Below are positions 50,043 through 62,422 of a stretch of 64,000 bases of DNA, piece by piece. The notes below the pieces were generated by a model, which saw only the letters and a program-made list of their open reading frames with translations, ran no database searches and was not told the DNA's origin. Source of the DNA: Balanoglossus misakiensis (Eukaryota; Animalia; Hemichordata). The stretch lies in assembly GCA_040954595.2 (NCBI GenBank), contig CM082588.2, positions 9,470,844-9,534,843 of the forward strand, given 5' to 3'. How positions within the stretch are numbered: the stretch's first letter is position 1; the number at the start of each line of letters is the position of its first letter. Made by a program: the position numbers and the translations under genes.

Positions 50043-51050
50043 ATGTCTGATGACAGCGACAACATATTCATAACCCAAAATTCTTTCAGGAAAACAAAGT
50101 CTGATAGTGACTCTTCTGGTGAGTTGCCAGGGTTTTCTCCCGACGGTTTCCTGGTGGAATTTGACACTTTGCAAAATTATGCGGGCGAAGGAAGTAGTGT
50201 CCAGCGATCAGAATGTAGGAAAATCTTCCTCAAAGACTCGTTGTAGCAAGCAGGCGAAGAGTGATAGTTTGCGGGTTGGGGACTTAGTATGCGAGGGAGA
50301 ATTACAAAAAATCTTTGAAAGTAATATACCGTACAACACGAAGAAAAAGTAAATTGGTCCATTTCATTATTTGAAATTTGGCGTAGTGAACGAAACAGGC
50401 GTATTGAAGACGAGAATTTGGAACATTTAAGTAAAATTGGACCGTCACTCTCTGAAATGACAAACGACGAAATAAATTTCCCATTGACTAGATTCATTCA
50501 GGATGTCAAAAAGCGAGATGGTTCCGATTTCCCCGGGAAAACGCTGTATGAAATTGTTATGTGTATACAAAAATACGTCTCGGAATATGTTAGAAATGTT
50601 CAGTTTTTGCATGATCCTTTTTTCACTGACGCACAAAAAAGTCTTGATTGTGCCATGAAAATCCGTGCCAAGAAAGGGATTGGAATTCAGAAAAGGCAGG
50701 CTCAAATCATTTCCATAGCCGAGGAAAACATATTATGGGACAGGAAACTCTTGGGAGACCATACTCCGCAGTCACTACTTGATTCTCAAATTTACCTGTT
50801 TGGTTTGCACTTTTCCCTACGTGGTGGTATAGAGCACAGAAACCTGCGCCATAAAAACTCCCAAATCCAATTGAAAATTGATACGTCGGGAAATAAATAT
50901 CTTGAGTAAAGAGAAGACGTTAGCAAGTCAAACCAAGGAGGACTGAAGAGTCGGCGAATTAAACAAAAGGTGACGAGAGCATACGAGAATGCGGACACAC
51001 CAGACAGATGTGTCGTGAGGTTATATGAACGCTATAACACGCTATATGCA
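50043..51050 (+). pseudogene. Crypton-type tyrosine recombinase (DUF3504 / ZMYM-KCTD1-like), with stops and 3'-truncated
   Basis: FIQDVKKRDGSDFPGKTLYEIVMCIQKY, LDCAMK, AQIISIAEENILW..LLGDHTPQSLL, FSLRGGIEHRNLR, EDVSKSNQGGL, RCVVRLYERY; in-frame stops at about 50349 and 50907. Confidence 0.88.
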
Positions 51051-51134
51051 AAGTCGTCGCCTCTACCATGTTGCTGGAGTTGCCTGCCCGCTGGATATTT
51101 GAATGCCAACGTAACTGTCCCTGACGTCATTTGA

Positions 51135-51650
51135 TATAAGATAAGACAAGATTCTTTATTTTCCAATGTTATTGGAAATTTGCCTTTGGCATAGGGCAGA
51201 AAAATTAACAAAACATAACACTAACACGTAAAAAAAAAAACAATTAAAAAGAGTTGCATGTAAAATACAAGCGATTTCTAAAATTCTCTGTTAAAAGTTC
51301 TAACTCTGCTTCCTGAAGACGTATTTGACATATTTTTATTTAAAATGTCAACAGCGGATGCGATAAATGATTTTTAAAGATATTTTTCTGTGCTCTAGGC
51401 ACCAGCAACAGCGAGCCGTAAATATTGAAAGTGGTTATGTAATAGATGTGATTTACCGTTCAAAACACTCTTGGTGCAGCTACGATAAACAGAAACTAGG
51501 ACATTTGTGCTAACATCGAAACTCTTCAGTTTACTCAAAAGACAAATGCGTTGCTGAGGCTTTTTATAGATATTGCCGGTGTTAATACCCAGAAATTGAG
51601 ATCTTTATCTAAGTGTGAGCTCAAAACCTTGAATGATGTCACTATTTCTA
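51135..51650 (-). mobile_element. Highly degraded LINE 3' fragment
   Basis: (TCTTA)n-like tail at about 51137-51152 after AATAAA; the decayed C-terminal reading includes LLVPRAQKNIFK. Confidence 0.4.
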
Positions 51651-51824
51651 CCTCTTGATTCAGGAGTACGCAAGAAAGCGGCGTGGAGAACCGAAACGCT
51701 ATACTTGACCCCTAAAACCTGGCATATCAAAGAATACTAGCATGGGAATTGGGCCAGTGGACAAACTGGCTTTGTATAAGTTTGGTGCTTGGCCCAATTC
51801 TCGCCGCTGGCTATGCATCGCTAA

Positions 51825-52313
51825 GGGACTGTTCAGTTGTTTACGGCTGGGCAAGTTTGAGTCATCGGTTTTCGAAATCAGACAAACCACCCCACCCTTC
51901 ATCCAGGATCAAAAAATGATGACCCCCCCCCCCCTTGACAGGCAAAAAATATGATGACCCCCAAAAAACATTACACAACTACTTGCAGTAGCATGCTTCC
52001 AAGAGACTGCCTGCCACCCTGATCTTATGTACACTGTATGCAATAAAAGGAAAGAGGCTCCCCACACCTCAATTGAGGTGTATAACAGTATTGTTTTGCG
52101 ATAAAGTTAAAATGAAAAGGCATTACAATAGTTGGTAGAATTGTTAAAAGAAGAGAAGTGAAGGGGTGGGTGTGGGAGTGTCCCCCTCCCACATACAACA
52201 ATTTTGTAAAATACGGAGCCAAAAAAGATGACCCTCCCTTTTGGATTTCAAAATTTAAGTGACCCCCCCCCCAGGATTTAGCCGCCCCCAGGCCGTAAAA
52301 ACTGAATGGTCCC
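51825..52313. mobile_element. Tourist-like (PIF/Harbinger) MITE with TAA TSD
   Basis: TAA|GGGACTGTTCAGTTGTTTACGGC ... GCCGTAAAAACTGAATGGTCCC|TAA. Confidence 0.85.
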
Positions 52314-54536
52314 TAAAAGGAAAGGGTGAGGTGTGGGTCGCCATATGTCAAAAAACCTGACTGCATAATAAGACAAACGACCCATACCAAGATGACTGCT
52401 TCCAACGTCCGTTACCATGGAACAGATGTTGCTGATTAATGCTAATTATTTTACAACTGTGTCATTGCTCCGGCCAATCAGTAGTGTGTCACGTAAGATG
52501 ATGGACTTGAATGACGTCAGAATCACGACCATGTGGTGACCTCGTTGCGAGGGTGAGGCATCGCATTTTGACTTCTATTGCCATGCAGAGTTTTACAAAA
52601 CGAGAGTATACTGCGTTTCCAGGCCCTGAATCTAAAACACACTGCTGTGTGGATACCAGGCCAAGATGAAAGTGACTTTAGGGAATCATATTTTTTTACG
52701 GTCGGGTGGGGGGGGGGGGGGGAGTCAGTGGGAAAACGGAAAGCAGGAGGGGGGGGGGGTTCTCGAAAAGGGGGGACCCCTCATTATTTTGGAAACTGAA
52801 AGATTCAGCGTGTACGGCTGATTCACTTTTCTAGAGTCATGCTTTCACATTACATGATCATTTCAACTCTACGTATACTTAACAATGTAGTAACACACGA
52901 GACTTTGATGTCTGGTGTAGCACACAAAATTTTCTGATTCAGTGATGTACCCGGTATTTCAATTTTTTGATCGTTTATCTTTTCAAGACTTTACAAGACA
53001 TGCAGTGAAGTGAGCTGCTATTTTATTTTAAGTCGCATTTGGATGTGGTGCGTGACCATTCATTGCATTGCCACCAAGCAGCACATTTTTTTCTTTTTGA
53101 ACTTTACCGCTGTAGATATTCACATACTGCGATGATTCCTGTCCCTCTAGCAACTAAAATTTCTGCCATTGAACTTTGCCGACCAAGTTAGTTTCATGAC
53201 ATAAAGGCATACATGTACCTGCGCCCTTGGTAGCCCAATAATGTGGATGGCCACGTTTATTTTTGCAGGTAAATGAGAAAATAGGCAGTATTTTCAGGTG
53301 CACAGTTTCTGTGCATGTCACTCACCCATTGATGGGCGGAGACTCGGTGAATAAGTGTGAGTCTTGTTTATGGTAACCGCGTTTTGCTGCTAACAGTGCA
53401 CTTTGTGCGCGATCCTGGTCCAATCTCTTGGCTACCGCTATTTTTCGTCTATTGACGTTCAAATCCAGTTTTATGCACTACTTACTGTAAAACGGGTTAT
53501 TTTCGCGAGCAATAAAGTTTTACAAAATACGCGAGAGCAAACAAAACACGAAAATAACAAGCAGCGAAAACATGTTTCGGAGATAATAAAGAGGTTTAGA
53601 TACACGTTAATACGCGTACATATGCGTCATTACGTGTGAGCTCATTCTCGCCCCACCAGACTACGGATTTCTTTCGTTTCACTATCGAAATCACGTACTC
53701 TGGTTAAAATGGAGTACCGCGCTGGTATTTGAACATATTGGTAATGCATATTCATGAGATGACATCATTATAATCTGGCCAATCAAACTGCACGTTCTTC
53801 GCTCTCACTCAGACTCAGAGCACTGCCACTGGAAGCCGCCATGTTGTTTAGAATGAGATGCGTGAATGGGATGTAACAAGCAATCTGATTGGTTGTTGGA
53901 TGTACTATGAAAGCGCCTAGACCAAATACTGAATACATGGCCGTATTATACCACGGCCTTTTTGCGGGGAGCAGAGCGCTGCCGTAAAAGGGCCGTGGTT
54001 TGCGACGATGTGTGAGCTCTGCGGTTTAGTTAGCAGTTGCAAACAAAGCCCCTGTTGAGCGAAGTAATTTAAATGTTTACTTTAGGAGGGCGCATTCTAC
54101 ATAACAGACACGGCTTGCTACAGGCGCTGTGACGAGGGCGACATTTGATTCATTACTTCTTTTGGGTAAGTAAAACCTTTGAAGTAAAATTGAAATCAAT
54201 CTTGTGTAAATATAGTTTAACCTAAAATGAAAACTCTTATGGACTCAGTAGTGTGCGACTTGAAACAAAAAACAGTAAATGGGCGTCTGTAGTTTCCGTG
54301 TTCATGTTTTGCATAGGTGACGTTGCAGACGACAACTTTTGTTTACATTTTTTCTGTTTAGTAACATCAGCTCGCTGAATTTATTCGAGGTCCTACATTG
54401 ATAAAGTTAGTACAAAATTTCATATTTAATCTTTATACCTATTTATGCCAATATGTTCAATAAAATTATTGATGAATGACTGATTTTTTGACGGGTCGGT
54501 ATCTTTTTTTTCTCCAATCACTTTAGCTCCTGAATT

Positions 54537-55579
54537 ATGGATCTGTTAGCCAGTGCTGTAGATGATGACGAGGACGGTCTTTGTCTCCTTGGAATGTGTT
54601 CAGAGGTGCCTCAAGCAATTTCTGTGCACAGTCCGTACAGAATCAACATCGAATCGTTTGATGACAGCAAGTGTTTGAGTCAGTTCACGTTTACTAAAGA
54701 TGATCTATTTCGATTGAAAACTGCTCTGCAAATTCCTAAAAGGGTTGTTGGACCAAACAAAACTGTAGCCAGTGGAATGGAAGGGCTGTGTCTGCTGCTG
54801 CGAAAACTAGCTTATCCAAACAGATTGGAAGATCTTTCTCCTGACTTTGGACGATCGAAAAGTGAACTAAGCATCATTTTCAATTATGTTCTCAACCATG
54901 TCTACACTAATTTTAGTTATCGTCTTCAGACACTTAAAAAAAGCTGGCTTGGAACAGAACAACTTCAAGCATTTTGTAATGCAATTAATCAGTGTGGTGC
55001 TTCTTTGACAAATTGCAGGGGTTTTATTGATGGTACTATAAGACCTATATCCAGACCACTCCAAGGTCAGAGACTTGTGTTCAGTGGACATAAGAGGACA
55101 CATGCATTGAAGTTTCAATCTATTGTTGCTCCAAATGGGATAATTGTCCATATGTATGGTCCTGTTGACGGTCGGCGTCATGATGCAGCCATGTTTGCTG
55201 AGAGTGGTCTGTTACCACAACTACAACGTCTTAATACACAAACTGGGGAACCCTTTTGTGTTTATGGTGACCCTGCCTATCCTATGCGTCCACATTTACT
55301 TAAGCCATTTAGTGGCGCAAGACTGTCCTCTCAGGAGCACATGTTCAATAAAAAATGAGTTCAGTGAGAGAGTGTGTTCAATGGGGATTTGGCAAATTTT
55401 TTTGCTACTTTGCTTTCCTTGATTTCAAGAAGAATCTTAAGATTCTTCTACAGCCTGTTGCCAAATATTACCTTGTGGGTGCATTGCTCACCCATTATCA
55501 TACTTGTTTGTATGGAAATCAGATCGCTACATATTTTGATGTAGAACCTCCAACTCTTGAAGAGTATCTGAGTGGTTGA
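54537..55579 (+). pseudogene. Harbinger/HARBI1-like DDE transposase (DDE_Tnp_4), one frameshift
   Basis: LLRKLAYPNRLEDL, GFIDGT, FSGHKRTHALKFQ, GRRHDA, VYGDPAYP; frameshift in the A-run at about 55350; then SSVRECVQWGFG, with Q where the catalytic E is expected. Confidence 0.9.
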
Positions 55580-55974
55580 TTGCACTGCTGTCGTTTGACA
55601 AATTTCAAATTGGCTTATTAGAATAAAAATTTACCGTACAACTGTATTTCTTCGCACACCATGGATTAAATATGTGAATTTGTACCACTGTAACAAAATA
55701 TGTAAATAAATTATTTGTTCAAAAATAAAACACATATAAGTTTTCAATGCTGTGATTAAATAACTACAGATGCACACATATACATTTATAACAATGAAAT
55801 TTTAATTGTTTGAGTTAAGTATATAGCTGAATCGATTAAAACAAGTGTCATAAAAGGGGCATCTCAACCTTGAATATAAATTTTAAAATAAATATAAATA
55901 CATGCAGAATTATTTTATTTTAAACAAACTGTCAATGAACACTGTGTCAACACAACAGAAAACACAACCTAAAG

Positions 55975-57500
55975 TAATTTTTTTCTTAAAATATCTAGAA
56001 TAGTGTTTCTCTCCTGGCTCTCTAGTTTGTATCTTTCTTCCCGTTCTTTCCTCTACTTTGCCTGTCTAACTCCAGGCGTTGCTTCTCAAGAACCAACTCC
56101 TCTTTCTTGAGCGAAATGTCTTGTCTCCTCAACTCAGCATCACTTTCATGTTTCTCTTTCAAATATGAGAGGACCTTTTGTGATGCTGCAGTTGAGGAGA
56201 GACAAGCACGTTTTGGTTTCTGAGACGGTGTTGCTTCATCACTACCACCACCATTGTTGTTGTTGTTGTTGTTTTCAGTTCCTGAAATATTTTACAATTA
56301 TATGAATGATAAACAATGTTTCATGAAACTTTTCTACTCAGTTATATTCATATATATAGAAATGAAATGCCTACAGGAAATGAGCACTTTAAAACTTTCT
56401 CAATCCCAATTTTTCCTCGAAAAAATATACAAACCTTGTAAATTAATTGGTCTATAGTTGTGACCCTATAACTCAACATATATCACACACATATAATAAA
56501 ATAAACTGACCCTTGCCCTCCCAAACAAAACTCACCACTTGCTCTCAATGTTTCCATAGCTCTTTTTCTTATTTCTTTTGCCTTTTCTTTATCTTTTTCT
56601 GTGTTTCTTGGTGTTTGGAACACCTGATGGAAGACAGTTTTATCTTCTTCAAGTTCTTTTATTTCTTGCAGTAATTGTTCTTTTTCTTTGTATTCTTCTG
56701 CTGTCCCGGAACTGCAATTGAGTTAAAATATCTTAAAATAATTACAAAGTCTACAACCTTGTATTTTTCTATGCAATTTTTTTCTCATTGTGTAGACTTT
56801 GGCTCATTCAATGTTAATTTTTTTTGTAAATGTTAAACTATTGAAAACAAATAAGAAGAAAGAAATTATTATCACATGCAGACTTTGACTCTTGTTTTAA
56901 AATATGGTTTGACAAACATAATGCATGATATTGCTTTGTAATCCCTATGCGTGACTACATACATATGCATTTTTACAAGTTATAAAATCAACTAACTTAG
57001 CATCTTTATAAACAACCCTAAACTAAGAGACTTGACAAGACATTTTTTGAAAATTGTACAAATGTGAAAACAACAGGGGTTTTAGTCATGTTGTGATTAA
57101 AAAAATAAAACTACATTTTAGTGAATACATTGGAAAATGGTGAAGCATATAAATTAGAGTGCACCATTAGGGACTGTAAATTGTAATACCTGTAATGGCA
57201 TGGGTTATATTTACGTAAGTTATTTACAAAAAATAAAATTCTCACTGCCGTAAACTCCCAAGGTCTTTCTTTTTATAGAACTCAAGCACCAGCAGGGTTC
57301 GTTCTCTGCACCGGCGATTGTCGACAAGGAAAGTGTCGTCCACCCCCACCAAGGCTTCAGCCACACACCCCCAGGCTCTTCCCGATTCTCTAGTTGGGAC
57401 TGCGAAGGGGTTTTGCGTTACAACTTCCCTAAGCAGCATAACATCATGGTATGCCGAGAATCGGATGATTTTTGTGTGTGCGAAAATTACCGGCATTTGT
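55975..57500 (-). pseudogene. Myb/SANT-like DNA-binding partner gene of the Harbinger element (3 exons: ~57500-57246, 56711-56536, 56281-~55975)
   Basis: RFSAYHDVMLLREVVTQNPF...AWGCVAEAL...DNRRCRERTLLVLEFYKK spliced to SGTAEEYKEKEQLLQEI and a charged coiled-coil tail; GT-AG sites present. Confidence 0.75.
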
Positions 57501-57999
57501 TGTTGTTTCGACCACGGAAGCGCCAGCGGCCTCAGCGGGTACACCCTGGCTGTCGCACGAACTCGTTGAAGGATGATTTCCCATTTTTTCTGAAATATTT
57601 TGGTGGAAAAATTCATGTTTTGATTAAATTTGACACTTCCAGACAAAACTGGCTAAAACATTTCCTAAAATTATTACAAAAATCCAACTAACCAGAAAAA
57701 AAATCTTACCCGTATTGATATCTACGCGTAGAGTAGTCTCCTGCCGTTTTGAACGTCTGCGCCAGACGTAAACAACGCCTACTTATCACGTGACAGTGAC
57801 GTTACGCGTAGTCATTGGACGTAATTACGTGTAACTAAACCTCTCTATTGATGCAGTGAAATACGAGAACGTGAAAATTAATCCTCGCGTAACAGTTGCC
57901 TCTGCTGACATTGCGAAAATAACCCATTTTACAGTAGTACACCTCTATGGAGCTGGATTGCCATGTTTGGGTGTACGACGCTATTTTCTGATTGCTTGG

Positions 58000-58700
58000 C
58001 GCTCTGAGCCACCGAACACGGCTTTACAAGTGCATTCTGTCCATGCACGCACTAGTCGAACGCTTCAGTGGCAGTCGTCATTACTGCACTGTAGATCTCT
58101 GTGGGAATTTTTCCCTGAGTCCTTCATTAGGTGTTGAAGTTTTAAAGTATTTGCAGTGTTTCCGGGGAATTCGTGACAGCTTGTATACATATTACCGCCA
58201 TTCCGTTTACCAAGCAGCACAGTTGTCTGCCATTAAACTTTTACGGCCAGGTTTTCTACCATTAAACTTTACCGGCCAAGGTATTCACATAGTCATGTTT
58301 CCATTCATAAAAGCAGCCCAATGTGCCGAAATTTAAATAAGCTAGCTAATTAAGGACTTAAGGAATTCACATATTGCCACGATTCGACTCAAGCAAGTCC
58401 TGTTGTGTGCTAAATTCATGTCTGCCAAGAGTTGTTCATAATTTGATTCCAGTGTAGAAAATGGCTGACAGCCAACTGCCTTTATATACGACATGCCAGT
58501 GTGCATCGAAAAATTTAACAGGTGTTGAGCAGAAGGTACGTTGTTCGTGATATGATCGTATGCCATGCATCTGCCTTACATTTTCGTAACAACAAAGCAG
58601 GTGTGTTGAGGTCAAATATCTACCCAGCCATGAAAGCTACTTTACGCTATTTACATCATCTCAACCAACATATATACCGTCAAATTAGGCAGATCTTTTT
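58000..58700 (+). pseudogene. Possible very decayed hAT (ZNF862-like) transposase fragment
   Basis: VEVLKYLQCFRGIRDSLYTYYRHSVYQAAQLSAIK resembles the helix after the hAT CxxH motif; there is little other support. Confidence 0.3.
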
Positions 58701-61700
58701 GACATCCCGAAATTCCAAACTGGCGGAGCAACCTTGGACTTCACGTAATGAGTCCTGACCAGCGACGCACAGGATTGCACATATTTACTTCCAGATGGGA
58801 GTGTCGATTCCATTTCTGCTTGACCTTTTGATGGCTTTAAGTTATAGGATGCATTTTTTTTTATTTTGCCAGCGGTTCTTGATAGGATATTAAAAATGAT
58901 ATCTGAAAGTATATATATATGAATTTGAATTTGTCCATCATCAACGTTGTCGTCCCAGCGAGATCTTAATCTTTTCTGGCAAAGAAAAGATCAAATGTAC
59001 TGTACATCATTGCCCAGTGCCATCATAGTTTCGAGTCATGTTAATATGTATTTGTTATTTTTTCATCCATTCAACAGAACAGAATTTGACTGTACAGAGG
59101 GCTATCGTGTTAACATTTTATCATACTGGTATATTTGGTCATCCATTGATATAACCGGACATGCTCTTATCTATCTTTTGTTAATCCGTGTACGTGCCTC
59201 TACGGTAGGGGCGTTAATCCAGATAGGATGTTTGAATCTTGCATTGTTTTCTGCAATGTACCCCAACTCTCTTTAAGTATTTGATCTTTGCTCTTGTAAT
59301 CAACTTTTCACGAATTTATCCAATGAGAATCAAGCATGATTGGTGTATCTTCATTTGCTGGTGTATCTGTCATTGTCTGTTATTACCGTGTACACATTGT
59401 CTCAGGCAGCTGTTGGGCACTTGGCTGAGTTGCGAACTGGGCCGTCACATTTACCCGAACCTGTTAGTCTGGTAAGTGTAGTAAAATTTCAAAATCATCG
59501 TGGAACTTCGACTTATTATTTTTTGCTTCATTCTCGTCATTAGCGCCCAATGCAACCACTTAAACTTCCAGACACGGCAATTGGATTTGTTATGACAATT
59601 GACAGTTGCACAAAGGAGGACAAGGGCAGACTGTGTGTTTGTCGATGCCACCGATATCTCTGAAAAGATTTAAATCAATTTACATGCACAGTGCTGTTCA
59701 TGATTCACAAGAATATGATAATAGTGGTCCGCGAATAGCAGAATTGAAGTATTTTCATATATATACAATTACCGCAGACAAATTTTATCAAACTCGCTAC
59801 AGATATAACATAAATCTGACAACACTATGAGAAACGTATCCATGTCAAAGCTAATTTAAATATTACACGAATTCGAGAAGCCAGAGCTAATACATTTCAT
59901 CATATAAAACTTGGAAGAAAACTTTCATCATGATGATAACATTGTTTTGAGAGACAGGATGTAGTTTCTGGGTAGTTGAGATTTCCAAAAATATTGCAAT
60001 TTATTTTTAAATTTGTTAAAGAAATTTTATCTTTTAACCATTTAATGTTAAGTTACATTTCACCAGTTGCATGTTAATTTACATGATTTTATATTAAATT
60101 ATTAGATTAGCACTATAAAATCCAGGTTACTGCACCGAAGTATATGAATGTTGGGTAGACATGGTGTAGTCATATAGGTTTAACAGAATAATGAGACACT
60201 GCATTTTCAGTGCAATGCGACCTGTGTGGGTATGGGTGGCAGATGCGACCATTGCACTCGTACGAGCCCAGCCAGCTCAATTAACATTCACTGGATTCGC
60301 CAATTCAACTTGTACAATGAGTATGCCATTTTTTCAACGTGGGATGAGTTTGATAGATCATGAATCTAAACCTACACTACGTACTGCTAAAAATCCCTTG
60401 AGCGAATAACCGCCGCTGATGTGTTGTAAAGTACATTCTCTTTAGCAAATGGTGATATACGCGCGCGTTCATGGCTTCGCTGAATCAATCGAAATTATTG
60501 TGCCTCGCAATTTCAGTTTCCTCATCGTCATAGCATTTGATTTTAACATTTTGTAAGTTACAGTTATTGGTTTAATTTTATTCGATGGATGCATCTGTTT
60601 GAAATGGCAAATTAAAATATGCTTTTAGCATAGTGGATCACGTACTTTTGTAGATAAAACCTTGCCCCATCAAATAGGTTAAAAATCACTTGACCATTGA
60701 GGTTATCCTGCAAAACCTGGACTTTGATAATTGATAATAATCTGGTCACACCCAAGCAATTGCATATGACAAATGCTGCAATCATTGTCATTAAATGATA
60801 AGATTCCAAGTACAGCTGAACCCCGTGCCAACTTGCGTTTCAAAGGGAAAATTTGCTCATTGTTTATATTAACTTGACAAAATAACTCATTTTTTGATAT
60901 TAATTTGGTTATTTGGTTTTTAATGTTCCTATTACTGAAATATAGTCAATGACTTGTTGTCTCAACTCAACTAACAACTTGAAGGTGGGCGTAACAATAA
61001 TAACCATTGTAGAATGACTTTTACAAGATTCGAAGCAATTCAAACTGTTGACTACACATTAAAAATATGAAATAAAACAAATAGGCCTAAGAAAAAAATG
61101 TCGTACAACGATTCAATCAATAAAATCCAAATAACATGCTGGAGATATTCATTGGAGGAAAACTTAAAGAGGAAGTGAATGATAATTGTTTTCTAAGGAA
61201 TACAGCGCACACAGAGTGATCACAATATTCCTTTCGACAATTCGTCAACATGACTAAATTATTTTAGCATCTGATTTAGGTGGCACATGTTTAATAGCAC
61301 GTGTGGCATGTGGTTTCAATGACCCCACCCCACATTTGCAATTTGGCAGAGATACACGTGTGAAGCCTTGGAGCAGATTAAAGACCAAAGTTTGAGCAGT
61401 CTCCCTCCAAGTAATTGCTAATATGTTATTTTTCACTGGTGTTAGAATATGCAGCTGTCCTTGTTTTTGATTGCAATCACATCAAGGGATCTTGTAAAAT
61501 TCACCAAACAACACGCACACTGATCTGAAATATATTAACAAAATTATCTCTTACATATAATCTAAACATTGATAAAATAGGCCATTACGGGATATTACCC
61601 AAGTAAATGAGCAGATTCAAGTGTTCTGTTATCGTTATCTTCCACATTTTTCATGAGAAAAGAGATACCGATTGTGCAATTGCCAAGCTGTGGATAAGTA

Positions 61701-62422
61701 CATTTGCTGTGGTGGGTACTGGGGGTGAGTATGCCTTAATGAAAGCACACATTGTATCCATACTGTGCTCGGCGACTTGATTATTGTTATCTATACTTTC
61801 GTCATGATAGTGAATTTGCAGAGCAATGACAATTTTAAAACTCGAGTATATAAAAAGATAATTATTGAGATAATATTGAGTACAAGTTGTGAATATTTTG
61901 CGATTTATATATGTAATTCAGGTTGAACAGGCAAAAAATTAGAACGTGGTAACCATTTATGAGTTAAAACTGCACAGTTGATGGCAAGTACCATTTGGGG
62001 TATACTTTTACTTCGTGAAATAAATATCGATATACAAACCTTTAACATGAAAAGAATTGCCTACCCATTGATTCGGGTCAAACCGCACACATTTATCAGC
62101 ATGGTTTGCCTTACTTCGGCCATTCTGTGAATGCAAGTTTCTTTTCTCTTCTTGATTTTTCATGTATTCTATATTTGCAACACCCCCCCTCCCCCGCAAT
62201 ATACCTGATTTCCCACCTCCACCCTCTTAATTACTAAACATTTGACTGGTGTCTTTCTTTCCCCTTCCTATTTATGGTTTTGCTCTTTGCTCTATAACTT
62301 TTTCCCTAATAGCGGTAGCTATTTCCCGAGCAGCATTGTGCTGTTGTTTACCCAGTTTCTTTCTGAAATAAGAGGGAAACTTCCGACACATACTTGTCAC
62401 TGCAGCCATAAAATTCAGTTAA

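Larger units (their letters stand above)
53588..57846. mobile_element. PIF/Harbinger-supergroup transposon, about 4.26 kb, with two convergent genes
   Basis: TIRs A(A/G)AGAGGTTTAG(A/T)TACACGT at 53588 and reverse-complemented ending at 57846; flanks AAT/ATT; encloses the transposase and Myb/SANT-like genes. Confidence 0.8.

Noticed and set aside
52678-52800. G-tract cluster as a G-quadruplex regulatory element
   Set aside because: It resembles the left end of a Tourist-like MITE such as 51825-52313; G/C tracts are common in these TIRs.
59000-61560. Possible decayed Sushi/HYR-domain exons (e.g. GGYSLKG, CSNFGL*SAP, FDCTEGY)
   Set aside because: Only scattered short motifs with many stops and on inconsistent strands; a gene model cannot be supported.
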